From contig NC_133896.1 of assembly GCF_964199755.1 (NCBI RefSeq), forward strand, positions 203,207,471 through 203,271,470: a stretch of 64,000 bases of DNA, written 5' to 3'. The notes below the pieces were generated by a model. That model was not told where the DNA came from and did not search any database. It saw only the letters and a program-made list of their open reading frames with translations. This document shows, piece by piece, positions 38,301 to 50,568 of this stretch. The position numbers were made by a program, and so were the translations under genes. How positions within the stretch are numbered: position 1 is the stretch's first letter; every line of letters starts with the position of its first letter. This DNA is from Larus michahellis. Its lineage: Eukaryota.

Positions 38301-40589
38301 GGAAATGGAAGCAGGTAGAAGAGATGGAGCCAGGCTCACCTTAGAAGTCTTGTATAATTTTCAGCGTATGCAAGTGTTGCATCATCAACATCACTAATAA
38401 CAGCAGTGCAAGTCAGTACTGCCTTGCTGTACTTAGTTGCTCTCCCCGCACCGTGGAACCACTGTCAGTTCCTGAAACCCCTTTGTGTCAGGAAGGGTGA
38501 GCGCGGGGGAGCCAGGCTGGGGGCTGTGTGGGTTTAGGGATCCTCACCCTACTGTTTACAGAAATATGAACTGTTGAATATTGAGACAGTAGAGCTGACG
38601 CATCCAGGAAAGCAAAGGGAATTTCAAATGCCTGCACATCTCCTGTGCAAACTTACAGGATGTCACAACTGCCTTGGTAAAGCCTTTTTAAGAAAAATAG
38701 TAAATCTGCACATAAGCACGGTGTTCGCAGGCAAACTGCTGTAGCAGGCCGAACTGGGCTTTTCTTCCCCAGATTCACATTCTCTCCACTTGGCTATTTA
38801 AAGTGTACAAGTAACAGCTCCAGGGAGCAAGAGTTCTTGTCAGCGAGGGTTTGTGATAAGGATCAAGATGTCACCACCCATGTCATCTTGTCCTCTAGTT
38901 CTGGTTGGAAACATCTGTGCTGCTGGAACATGCCCAAACAGTTGCGATGAATCCAGTTCTGGAGCAGGCAGGGGTCTCCCTGGCTGTGGTGACAATGTCT
39001 TGCACATGGTTGCAGTTGTAAAAGCAGAGCTGTCGCTGCCATGAGAGGAGCGAGGAAACATTACGGTCTGAGCAACCTACTATAAACGAGCCTGGGCCAA
39101 GTCACTAACCACAGAGGAATTCCTTACAATTCAAATCAGGTAGGAAGTATTACAGAAATTATTGGAAAATATTCAGTTATAGCTGTCCTGCACAACAGCT
39201 GAGATTGCTGTGGAGAACCAGTTGACTTGAAATCAGAGAATCATCTTCTGCCTGGTCCCTTCCTCCTGGCTGCTATAATTGAGGTGTTTCAGATTTTTTT
39301 TGAGACCCTTTTTTAACCTTAATTTTTACTGCTGCCTCTGTCCTGCTCAACTTTGTATTCTGTGCTGTCTTTTGCCCGCCTTTAGTATTTTTTTTCTTAA
39401 CCCTTGTCTTTGCCTTTTGCTCAAACATCTTAAGACAGGCTCCCTATTTATATGGGACACAGAAAAGCTGAGGAAGTTTAAGACATCAGGCTCCAGTGAT
39501 GGGTTTGCAGTGCGTGCCCCTGCTGCACCATAGCTTAGAAAAAGGTGGCTGTTCTAGTTCTCTTGTGTTCTTAGGAGGTGGGACTCTGTCACAGCCCCAC
39601 GTTACGGAGGGAGACTCAGCAAAACTAGAGACCCTGGGGATGGGTTCCTATAGCAAAGTGGTCTCAGCTCCCATCCTACTGGGCTGTGGCTGCTCTCAAA
39701 CACGGACCTGAAGGGAAGAGATTTTACATGGGCTGTTTTCCAGTACAGTATGGAAAAGCAAGGTACAAGGAGGTAGGACAGCCCCCAGGCACCCTGAGCT
39801 GGCAGCTCGCTCTGCTCTCTGCAATCTCTGTCTTCCATCTATTGAAACAGCTTTGTTCCATCCAAACTGATCAAAACATCTCATTTTTGAAAGACAGGTG
39901 CAGGAAGGCAGGAAGCACAGAGGAGCTGTGCTAAAATCAGCTGCATCACCCCCAACCTTCAGTAGCTGTGCAAGAAGCCAGGAACACGAGTACTGAGGAT
40001 GTGGCAGTGGAAGATAATGGGTCCAAGCCTTCAGAACAGTTCACAGACCAGCAGCTGCTCAGCCCTGCTGACAGGGAGCAGCAAGAACTTCAAAGTTATT
40101 TCACCACAGTGCCCAAATAAGGGTTGTTTTTTTTATTGTAGCTACTTTCTCTTCATCCTTTGTCCACCAAAAACCTTTTTCTTAGCACTTGGATAAAACC
40201 CATATAATAAAATCAGACAAAAACCAGCTTCAAACATCTTTTCATGTGTCTTTTATGCATCTTCAGTAGGGATTTTGAATTTATATCAGCAATTAAGAGA
40301 GAAAGATAACTGCAAAATCCATCCCTCAAATGCATCATGAACCCAAATTTTATTCCCATGTCCTATAAAACTCCTCCCTCTCTCCCAAATGCTTTAAGGA
40401 AAAAAAACAACCACCAAACCAAACCCCCACACAAAACAAACCGCCTCCAAAATTAATAGCCTTTGACAAACTACCTGCTGTGTCAACTCTTGGAGCATTA
40501 CCAGACATTTTGAGGTTAGACTGTACAACAGTTTCTAAAAAGCATCTATATTATATGGACATTTGTTCAAAAACATTTTGTCCCCCCAC

Positions 40590-40700
40590 CTGGAACGGCT
40601 CAAACATTTAACACGTGCTGTACAGCGCTGAGCGCATGCGCACGACACCCTGACGCGGACAACGCAGGAGTGATTGAGGAAGGGGTCACTGCAACAGAAG
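40590..40700. promoter_or_regulatory. CpG-rich islet containing a perfect GCGCATGCGC palindrome (NRF1-type site) at 40632-40641.
   Basis: About 9 CpGs in 100 bp within otherwise CpG-depleted DNA; the palindrome is seen directly. Any promoter function is inference. Confidence 0.3.
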
Positions 40701-43700
40701 GAAACACCAGCAGCCCCTTTCCTTATGTTACACACAGTGACTAAAAAACTGCAGCTACACAAAGTCCCAAGTGCTGGTGGTGGTGACATCCCCGATTCTC
40801 AGCCAGTGCTCTTCATGCATTTCAGGTGTTCACGCTTCATAAAATGAGGTATCATCTAGCATACTCCCGAGAGCTGGAGGTACCAAGTCTGTTCAAAACC
40901 AGACTTGTGAACATCCCGTCAACACTGTTTGTTTGCAAAAAGGAAAGGCAACTATTCTAAATCGAACCAGAAAGGAGCAGCTGTATGTCATGTTGCTGTT
41001 CTAGTTTCATACAGCTTTATGTGACATTCCACAAAATTGAAATAGTGTGCTTTGTTACGTACTCTTTCAGCATCTCTTAAATAGGAAAGTTTTAAACTTT
41101 CACAAACCAAAAATTAAAAACGGGTTAACTGAACTTAATATTAAGAAGTCACATTTCTTAAAAGGTTGCTTACTACATCTGCACCATTTTGATGGTGAGC
41201 ACTCAAATACGTTAAGAATTTATCCACAATAGTTTTGCTAATAAGATAGGCACATAGTGGCATGTAAACTACACGTGGCAACCAGAACAGCAAAGGCACA
41301 ATCTGGACTTTTTTTTTTTCTTCCTCTTTTTTCCTTTTTTTTTTTTTTTTAAACTTTCAAGATCTTGATTAATTTACAAAGAAAAATATTCTATACTTCA
41401 TGCAGAAGTATTACAGTTGTATTTTATAGCACAGGACCATTACAGAACTGCTGTCACCTGATAAAATGGGTCATTTAAATAATAAAATAAAATAAAAAGG
41501 TAGCAGCTCTTTGCACTGAGGAACTGAATTTTTGACTGAAAGGGCAGTACATGTTCTCATCTGTCAGGCTGAGAGTATCTGGAACCCTCTATGTATCTTC
41601 TCGTCTAGAAAAAGCCTCGCCTGCACAGTCAAGGTAGTTACAACTTCTCTGGTTCGCTATTTTCAGCTTAACGTTTGTTTTCCCATCTCTCTCGATTAAC
41701 CACTCAGAAGCTGAGACCTCTCTACAATTCTCCATTGCTTCTCTAACACAACAGTAGTTTTAAACCGCTGCTTGCGATCCTCTGTGAGTGGAGCCTGTTC
41801 AGGTGTCTTTGTTCGCACCTGCAGCCCCAATCGCGTTTGTTCAGAGGGAATCGCTCTGAGCCGCTTTCTCACTGGGAGACACCAGCAGGAAAAGTTTCAA
41901 ACCAGAACCCGGCCCTCAGCAATTCTAAGTTAAATCTAATGCAGTGACTTCAAAGTGTAATTTCTGCCCACGGCTCTAAGAACATGACAGTTCTGCATTT
42001 TACATAGAAACATTACAGTTGTTAGAGTAAGTAGAAAATTTTAGTTTACAAATCAAAAAGATCTTTCTATTAAAAAAGACATTTTACGTAGTTACCTTAA
42101 ATAGTTCTTATATGCACCATTCCACATTGTGGAAAAGCTGAAATATGCAGTCTGGACTCCACGAGTTAAAGAAAACCAGAATTATATGTATTGGCACAAA
42201 TACTTACATCTACATCTGTACAAAGTAAAAAAAGCTGACAACCCTGTCCCGGCGGCGCAGCGCACTGAGCTGCTCCCCAGCACACGCTTTCCTACGGGAC
42301 TGCCAACGAGTGACAGCCAGATGGGAACTGGTCTTCAGAGCGTGGTGCCAAAAAGCTCCAAACTGCTTTGTCAGTCTCTGAACAGAGGAATGAGGAGTAG
42401 CTCCAGAAGAGCCTCAGTCCACGCAGCACATGCGGCGCCAGGGTCACTGCAACTGCACTCGGTAGGCGCCTATTAGCAGCTTTACCTGGAAAAGCAAACA
42501 AAGGTCTCGTATAAAGGTTGTTCACACGTAACTACTGCGTTAAACACTTTTAACAGGGAAGCACGAGAAAAGGCACACAATTGCTACTGACTAAGATAGG
42601 GGGGAAAAAAAAGGAGGTGTCAATCTGTGTTTAATCAAATGAGTTCCTGGCAGCCCTACTGAAACAGGAATGGCTTGTGAAGGACCCGAGTAGAGCACCA
42701 CTGCCTGAGGTGGTGCTGAGTTAGCCACAAACCTGAACTAGGCACACACGCGTACTTTCATCTGAATATGGAGTTCAATTTTTTTCATTGTAAACAAACA
42801 AACAAAAAAAAGCACAATAAAACACTTAAGAGTATAAGTTTTAAAGCTGAAGATCTAGAAAATTTACTGGTGCATCTTCCAAGGATAAAAACAAATTCTA
42901 CCAGAATGGGATCTGTTATTCATCTTGCAACATGTAGTGGGACTATTGCCCAAACCACCGGTAAAATACAACAGACTACTGAAAAGCAAACTGCATATCC
43001 TAGTAAATACTTCCAAGTTTTCCCGAACACGCAAGCATAAACATTGGTATGCAAAAAATAACTGGCACTCTGTCTATCTGTTAGTCGTTAAATTCACAAT
43101 ATAAATGGGGAAACTGTTTAGCTGTAACATCGTTGTATCCTGGTGCGTCAACAGTTCTGACATTACGACAGAACTAACACCCTTGGAGTGTTCCTAAGTT
43201 CTGGCAATGTCACAGGATGGAGCTCTAACGGATGGGAACTGGGATGAGGAGACAGTGGGAAGTCCTCAGTTTTACAGTTACAACATACAAGTAGGAAGCA
43301 TTTAGACTACGGAAGAGTTATTGTATAAAAAAATTAATATACACATTTAATTCTGAGAGCATCCTGTACCTTGGCAGTAGGAGCTTCTGCCAACCGTATA
43401 AAAAGCTTGTTAAGGCCTGCAGTAGGGCTGAAGGAATAAATAAAGTGACTGTCCTAAAGGGAAAAAGAAAATGCACAGAGTTAATGGCAGGATACGGCTG
43501 GAAGCGCTGTATGAGTGGACTAACAGAACGCAACATTTTAACATTCAGCCTTTTTTGAAAGTTGCGTATACTGCAAAGAACTTTTGATGCAACGACAGAG
43601 AAAACAAGACAACTTTAAAAAGCATGCACAGCAATGCGTTTAATTTAAAAAAAATAATATCAAGAAACAGAAGTTAATCATTAGAAATATGAGGGAGGTT

Positions 43701-43789
43701 ATTAAAACAAAGCAAAGTAGTTATATTTAAGAACTTAACTTGGGTCAAAAATTTGAGAAGCCAGGTGAATTTGAGAAGTGAAACAGCTT

Positions 43790-43950
43790 TAAATTCAGCA
43801 TTCCCACCTGCCTGCTCAAACCAAGTCCCAGAAGGGCTGAGGCTGGAAGGGACCTCTGGAGGTCATCCAGTCCAACCAGGCACCGCCTGGGGCTCACACA
43901 GGGCCACCCAGAAGCAGCTTGCCCAGGACTATGCCCGCGCCTTTTAAAGC
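43790..43950 (-). mobile_element. CR1 fragment from the 3' region.
   Basis: Contains ggctggaagggacctctggaggtcatccagtccaacc…cacagggccacccagaagcagcttgcccagg. Confidence 0.7.
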
Positions 43951-45248
43951 ATAAGTTTTTATGGAGTCTGGTACGTGCAAGGTTTGTGGTTCTCTCCATA
44001 TACAAAGAAAAATTAAGTTTTATTTAAAAAACCCCACCCCATCATGATAAAAAAAAAGCTTCATCACAATACTCAAAATACAAATTAAGGCACTAAGATT
44101 TCCCAGGCTGCTCCATAAAGACTTTATAAAGCAGTTTTTCAGTCAACCAGTTACAGGAAAAGATTTACCAAAAATACAGGGAGCTGGAATTTGTCGTTTA
44201 AAACCACAGCTTGTACACTGCATGGTCCACAGAGCCGAGCAATGACATCTTTACCAAAGAAATTTGCGTGGAAAACAAAGAGAAGAATTCCAGATCCTGA
44301 AAGGGAAGTCACATGAATGCAACATGAGATGCCTTAGAACAACCGCATACACTGAACGTTTGAAGACAGTTAGGTACAATATATATAAAAATATAAACAT
44401 TATATTGTATATATATTGAACACCAATGGAGTATCAAAGCAACATGCAGAAATCCAATAATCTCCCACGCCAGCGGATCCCAGCACAGAACACAACTGAC
44501 TCGGTCACTAAGTTGAGGTCTTTTGGCAGCAGAAAGAATGTGACGTGGCTGTTCGAAAGGCGAGCAAACGACAGGGCAATGCTCGGTGTGGTTCACCTCT
44601 CTGTTTTAGGTTTATCTAAGGAGAGTTACGGAATTTAATGTGCTTTGGCTTGTCTGTTCCCTTGGCAGGGAGAAGCGAGCCAAGTCAATTATAGAGCTTT
44701 ATGAACTGCACTGAAATTCAATAAGCAACAGCCTTCAATACCCACAAATGCCTCATTTTAATACATAAACTTACATAAGGTTTCTTAATTCTATCAAGGA
44801 TACCAATAATTAAGAACTGGAAGACTTATATTACAACTCTTAACAACCAGAAAACCAGGCAGACACAACCACTTTCCATCTTAGTTGAAGTGGTATTGCA
44901 GTCACAGTCATGTATTATTTCAAGAAAAATCGCTATCAGTAGACGTTTTCCTGATATACTCCAAAGGTGAATAAAAACGACTCGGCTAAGCCAAGCATTA
45001 GAGGTTAGTATCTGGATTCCTGAAAGAATGAAGACACGTTCCCAAGTATCTTGGGAATTTCATTCCCAGCTTTTTCAAAGGGTCTAAGGGCAAACCAGAG
45101 TTGACTGATGCTGGCTGCTTTTTATAGTGTTTCTAGACTGTGTTTGTATCATGCCAGCGCTGAGACTGTCCTCGGAGACTCCCATGTGTTAGGTACTGTC
45201 TACAAAACAAGACGATCCACTATGAGATTGTCTAAATACGCTCTTAGA

Positions 45249-45343
45249 TTAAGATTTTTCAAAATTATTAATTCTAAGGTAAACCGCTCCTTTCCTATAA
45301 TACCTGTCACTTAGCTGTGTAACCCTCACAGGGCTAACGTAAC
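45249..45343 (-). CDS. MPHOSPH8: Tentative terminal MPHOSPH8 coding exon: (G)YVSPVRVTQLSDRYYRKGAVYLRINNFEKS* with TAA at 45249-45251.
   Basis: Acceptor tcctctgttcacag|GT is phase-compatible with the 45626 donor. It is short and has no recognisable motif, so it is weak. Confidence 0.3.
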
Positions 45344-45625
45344 CTGTGAACAGAGGAAAGAAGTGGTGCATGTGGCAATAAAAAAACCTCTTAAAAACAA
45401 AGATACACACAAAGCCAACCCACAACGCATCAAAACATCGTTGTTCTCCCTACACTCCGTAACTGGAGCATCCTTAATGTAATGTACTGCAATACAGTAA
45501 GTCATACAAAAATAATTTCACATAGCAGATACTGTAAGACATACTTACAAGGCAGTTTCTTAAAAAAACAAAGCCCAAAATCAAACCAACCCAAACACCA
45601 TCACCACCACCCCAACCCCCCCTAC

Positions 45626-45780
45626 CTTCTGGCACATTTTGTGGGGGTTTATAGTTAAAATCCGTAGAAAAGTCTGGCCCTTCACAGAGACGATGACATG
45701 CAATTGGAAAGACCGGCTCCAGCAAAGCAAGACGAGCTTCAAAATAATCCCTGATGGTATCTTCTGCTACTCTGGAGAGC
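45626..45780 (-). CDS. MPHOSPH8: MPHOSPH8 C-terminal-region exon: (T)LSRVAEDTIRDYFEARLALLEPVFPIACHRLCEGPDFSTDFNYKPPQNVPE(G).
   Basis: Strong acceptor tgtttggtctttcag|G and donor G|gtagggg. It is phase-compatible with the 50414 donor and the coding composition looks conserved. Assigning it to MPHOSPH8 rests on phase and position. Confidence 0.55.
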
Positions 45781-47729
45781 CTGAAAGACCAAACAAGCGA
45801 GGCATGTATTTCACATCATAAAATGACTTTACCAGACAGACCTCATGAAAGCTGACGCAGAAAAGGATTCCGGGATTACCTTTTTGGATTCCTGATTTTC
45901 AGGAGCGAATGCCTTCATCACTCCAACATCATTTACACACAGATGAACCCCAAGCCCCAATACTTTCTTAATAAAGTATTGATCTATCAGGTCCACAATA
46001 ACAAAAAGCTGAGACAAATGCACTGCGGCAGCTTGAAAACCATTCCAATTAGCCAAGTATTTTGAAGGCTCTTTATGTACAAAGATGTCCCTGAAACAAC
46101 AGCACGTTCCTCGTGGCTAAACAGAAAGAGGCACCCACTTCCCCAGCCTGGCTGACTCACCAACCTGATGCCAAGTAAGTCACTGTATAATTTTACCGGC
46201 AATACTATTGGAAAAATGCAGGTCCCGGTTAAACTCTACTAATAATGCAGTGAAAAAGTAGCACGGCTACCATTAAAGAGCCAAACTGGGAGGGGTTGGG
46301 GTTTTTTTGGGTGTGGGGAGGGTTTAATTTAAGCGAGTAGTGCAGCCTTCAAAGACGGACCACATTAACCAACAGCATTTGGCACCTTTACAAGCAGGTT
46401 ACCAAGTAATCCTCTTCAGAAAGCCCTTTTGACACAAATGGGTTTTAAAAGCTTTTGCAAGGCAAAGGTCCCGACTCTCAGCTTTGCAGCTTTTTCAGCT
46501 GTTGGTCAGAGCAGAGTCCCCCGCTCCGTGCCAGCCAAGACCACCATCTGCAAATTTCTAAAACTGACGCGTTTGGCAGCAAAGAAGCCACACGAACTGC
46601 CACACCAAAGCAAGCCCAGAGCTTCCAGATGCCAGACAAAGCCGTATTAAATATGGGAAATTAAACAGCTGTCTTTTTTCAGTACACTGTCCTAGTTTCC
46701 AGCAATCTGATTTAGAGGCATCTAAAACTAGAGACTGCAGCCAAATCACACCTCTCCTTACATCTACTTAATCCCTTCTAAAATCCCCTGTGTTTGCAAC
46801 CACAGCATTCTGCAACAACAAGATCCGTAATTCAGTTTTTCTGTGCAAAAATATTCCTCTGTTTCAAACCTATCACTAAATCATTCGACAGGGTGGCCTG
46901 GAGAACCAGCCTCATGGCTTTGGGTTATTTTATTTTGTTGTTGTTTTCTGATTTTATTTTAAATTTTGACCTTTTAATCTGTCCCAAGGTGATGTGTGTC
47001 ACTGCCCTGGGCCTGTCCTCACAGAAGCTACTCTATTTCTGATCATCTTTATTTTTCCTTTTTGCTTCGTCTGTTTTTGCAATAAGGTAACTGGAATGGT
47101 ATGTGCTATTTAAGGCATTCAGACACCATGGATTTACATTTTATTTTCAGATCTGCTACTGCTATATTATCTTCCCTTTTTGATTGACAAGAAGCACTGA
47201 ACTGGTACTTTCAGGTAACGAATCTAGAAGTTTCCTCAGTCGGTAATTACTCCCTGTATAATTGACATTACCACAGTGATACCCCACAGACATCAGATTA
47301 GCCAAAACTGAAAGTGGCAGATTTTAAACAGGAAACAAACCGGAAAAGGCATCAAATAGCAAATGAGTGACAAAGTTTCAATACACTGAACAGCAGGTAC
47401 CAGAGCACTTCTATCTGCATCCTTGCTGTTGCCTTCAAACCCTTCACTCACAAGTCATGATTTCCTTCCCTGGGGGAAAATCAACATACTCCACTTATCC
47501 ACTTCAGCTGCCCCTGCTGACTTTAACTTCTACGTTTGAAAAATTATTATTAGTTTTTACGCTGTTAGCACTTATTTTTTTCCCCATTTAGCCTGCTGTA
47601 GGAAGAAAACATTCCTTCTAGCTTCTATCTGCTCAGGAGAGATGTTCGATGCAGTGATCTACAATACCTCAGACAAGCTTTACAGTGTGTTAAAAATACT
47701 GGCATGACAATACTTTCCTCCCAGTATGA

Positions 47730-48745
47730 AACCGGATCAGAACACTGGGTCAGCAAAAATCATTAGCACAAAGTCTAGCTGGAAGCCAGTCGCTACTGAA
47801 GTACCCTCGAGGTCAATACTGGGTCCGGTCCTGTTTACCATCTTCATTAATGGCCTGGATGACGGGGCAGAGCGTACCCTCAGCAAGTTTGCAGGGAACA
47901 CAAAACTGGGAGGAGTGGCTGATATACCACAAGGTCATGCTGCCATCCAGCGGGACCTTGACAGGCTGGAGAAATGGGCCAACACGAACACCATGAAGTT
48001 CAACAAGGAGAAGTACAAAGTCCTGCACGTGGGGAGGAACAACCCCAGGCACCAGTACGTACTGGGGGCCAGCCAGCTGGAAAACACCTTGGCAGAAAAG
48101 GACCTAGAGGACACCAGGCTGAACACGAGCCAGCAACGTGCCCTTGCTGCAAAGGCCGACGATGCTAAGCTGCATTAAGTCAAGTATTGCCAGTAGTCCA
48201 ATGGATTCCCCTCTCCTCATCACTGGAGAGACCACACCTGGCATACTACATCCAGTTCCAGGCTCCTAAGAGAGACATGGAAATACTGGAGAGAGCCCAC
48301 AAAGATGACGAAGGGAGTGGAGCATCTGACACAAGAGGAAAGGCTGAGAGAGCTGGGACTGTTCAGCCTGGAGAAAAGAAGGCTCAGCAGATCTTATGAA
48401 CATGTATGTATCAATAAACACCTGAAGGGAGGGGGCAAAAAACAATAGAGCCCGGGTCTCTTCAGAGGTGCCCAGTGACTGAACAAGGGGCAATGGGCAC
48501 AAACTGAAACACAGGAGGTTCCCTCTGAACACCAGGAAAGACATTTTTACCATGAGGGTGACTGAGCACTGTCACAGGTTGCCCAAGGAGGTTGTGGAGT
48601 CTCCATCCTTGGAGATTTTCAAAAGCCGTCTGGACAGGGACCTGGGTAACCAGCTCTAGGTGGCCCTGCTTCAGCAGGGGGGTTGGACAAGATGACCTCC
48701 AAAGGTTCCTTCCAACCTCACTCATTCTGTGTTGCTGTGATTCTG
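47730..48745 (+). mobile_element. CR1 LINE, 5'-truncated, about 1 kb (ORF2 RT C-terminal part plus 3'UTR).
   Basis: + strand ORFs contain ILGPVLFTIFINGLDDGAERTLSKFAGNTKLGG… and …LERAHKDDEGSGASDTRGKAERAGTVQPGEKKA. The 3' end reads …ggttccttccaacctcactcattctgtgttgctgtgattctg. Confidence 0.85.
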
Positions 48746-49514
48746 TAATTTTGTAACTGAGTTCCTTTAGAATTGCTAGGCAAATACAACCTTGCCCAGG
48801 AAATGTATTTATTTGTATTTTACTGGTTTGCACTAATACTTTTTCTACCTGACATTTCACTTTGCAAACGTTCCACAAATTTCTCTGCCTTACAGAAGCA
48901 CTCCCTAACCTCCATTATGACCTCCGCTGCAATTATTGTATGGGAGTGTTTGCTTATAGACCTATAGACCTATTAGACTTTTTAGATATTTTAGTATACT
49001 TAAATTTAGTATTAAATAAGATTATAAAGGAAAGAGCACTAATAATTATTTAAACCAGAGTAAGAATATTGGTAGTACTACAGCACGTATCAGTGACCAC
49101 CACACGGCAGTTTCTGTCAAGACACATGTAGGACATTAGCTGATGGGAAACACAAGAGATCAGAGACAGAAAACAGCCAGGGCTTTCTAAACACTAAAAT
49201 AGAAAAGAATGAGCTTGGACTACAAATTACTTGACAGCCTGTCTTATATTATATAGATAAATCGTTAGGATAAAATCATCATAAAACAATAAAAGGATCT
49301 TGCACGGAGACAGTGTTCTTCCGCACTAACTATGCATTCATGGCAAAATCTCACCTGCTGCAGAAGCTCTGAGACTGTCCTTGAGTCTACTCCAAGTTTA
49401 AACATTGTTGACTACAGTTTTCTGTCCTGATATGTTAACTATCAGTATTCCTACAAATTGATATTTTAAGAGCTTGCTCTTTCAATGTTTAAATGCTCAC
49501 CCGCTCTAGACAAA

Positions 49515-49590
49515 CCTACTTTGGCAGGGGGGTTGGACTAGATGATCTCCAGAGGTCCCTTCCAACCCCTACCATTCTGTGATTCTCTTT
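49515..49590 (+). mobile_element. CR1 3'-end fragment in sense orientation.
   Basis: Contains ggcaggggggttggactagatgatctccagaggtcccttccaacccctaccattctgtgattctc. Confidence 0.75.
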
Positions 49591-49610
49591 GTCTCCGTTT
49601 AGCGTCCATA

Positions 49611-49810
49611 TTCACAGAATCACAGAATGGTTTGGGTTGGAAGGGACCTTGAAGATCATCTAGTTCCAACCCCCTGCCATGGGCAAGGACACCTCTCACT
49701 AGACCAGGCTGCTCAAAGCCCCATCCAGCCTGGCCTTGAACACTTCCAGGGATGGGGCATCCACAACCTCCCTGTGCAACCTGTTCCTGTGCCTCACCAC
49801 CCTCACAGTA
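49611..49810 (-). mobile_element. CR1 3'-end fragment in antisense orientation, tail-to-tail with the fragment at 49515-49590.
   Basis: Contains cacagaatcacagaatggtttgggttggaagggaccttgaagatcatctagttccaacc…. Confidence 0.8.
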
Positions 49811-50413
49811 TATTCATCAGCTCAGTACATTTTTACATGACGTGAATGTTTCACATACCACATACAGTACGTTACACTTCAGTCATTCTGTTCTGCATGA
49901 AGATTTTTATTTTCATTATTTACTGGCCTAAAAGTTTTACCCCTGGCACTGTCAGCTCACAGCTAACGTTTAAGGGTCCAACAACACCCTATCTATCTGC
50001 ACTGTCTTTGCATGGTGTTTTTGTTTGGCATTCTTTTGTTTGTTTCTGATTTTTTTAAATGCTTTTCTGCAAGGTATTTTATTTGGCATGCCCTAATAAG
50101 GGTTTACAATCAACTGTCCAGCGCTTTTTAGTTTTCCCGGCCGCTGCATTTCCAGTTTAATAAATCTTTCACTTCTAGTAATCCCCTTTTTCTTCTTTCC
50201 ACCTTTCTACTCAGTGTTTAAGCAAGTGTCTGCTAATTCTCTTAGCTCACATAGTTTTCATTTCACATGATTTATTAGTTCACTTTCTGCCCAAATCACA
50301 TCTGTTTTCTTTCCTAAAATCCCTCCCTCTTCCCCTTGACTTAAAACTGAAATTATGACATGCCGAGTATTGCAAACTTCACCAGAACAAACTTCAAAGT
50401 ACAGTTTACTCAC

Positions 50414-50568
50414 GTTTCCAAATGACTCTTGAGCTGCTCGTACACCAGGACGTTATTACATTGTTTTGCAAAATGCAGCGCGCTGTTCTGATGTTTTGAC
50501 AAAATGTTACAGTCTGCTCCGCTTTCAATCATAAGCCGCACTATATCAGAATTCCCTCTTTTACAAGC
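50414..50568 (-). CDS. MPHOSPH8: MPHOSPH8 ankyrin repeat exon: ACKRGNSDIVRLMIESGADCNILSKHQNSALHFAKQCNNVLVYEQLKSHLE(T). It ends in the donor AC|gtgagt rather than at the apparent TGA.
   Basis: Acceptor tttctgcacag|GCT. The TGA at 50410-50412 overlaps a consensus GTGAGT donor, and phase 2 is completed by the G at the start of the exon at 45780. Confidence 0.75.

Noticed and set aside
41286-41345. A long T-rich tract (poly-A on the - strand) that could be the tail of a retroposed sequence.
   Set aside because: There is no recognisable upstream element body, TSD or SINE/LINE signature. It is more likely simple low-complexity sequence.
45474-45725. An 83-aa - strand ORF (MLEPVFPIACHRL… continuing …PEGRGGWGGGDGVWVG…).
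   Set aside because: Only the first part is exon (45626-45725). The remainder reads through a G|gtaggg donor into an intronic G-rich tract. The ORF's M is a TTG (Leu) codon inside the exon.
45829-46056. A 75-aa - strand ORF with good splice signals.
   Set aside because: Not accepted as a constitutive exon because it breaks the reading-frame phase between the flanking MPHOSPH8 exons. It is kept only as a low-interest finding.
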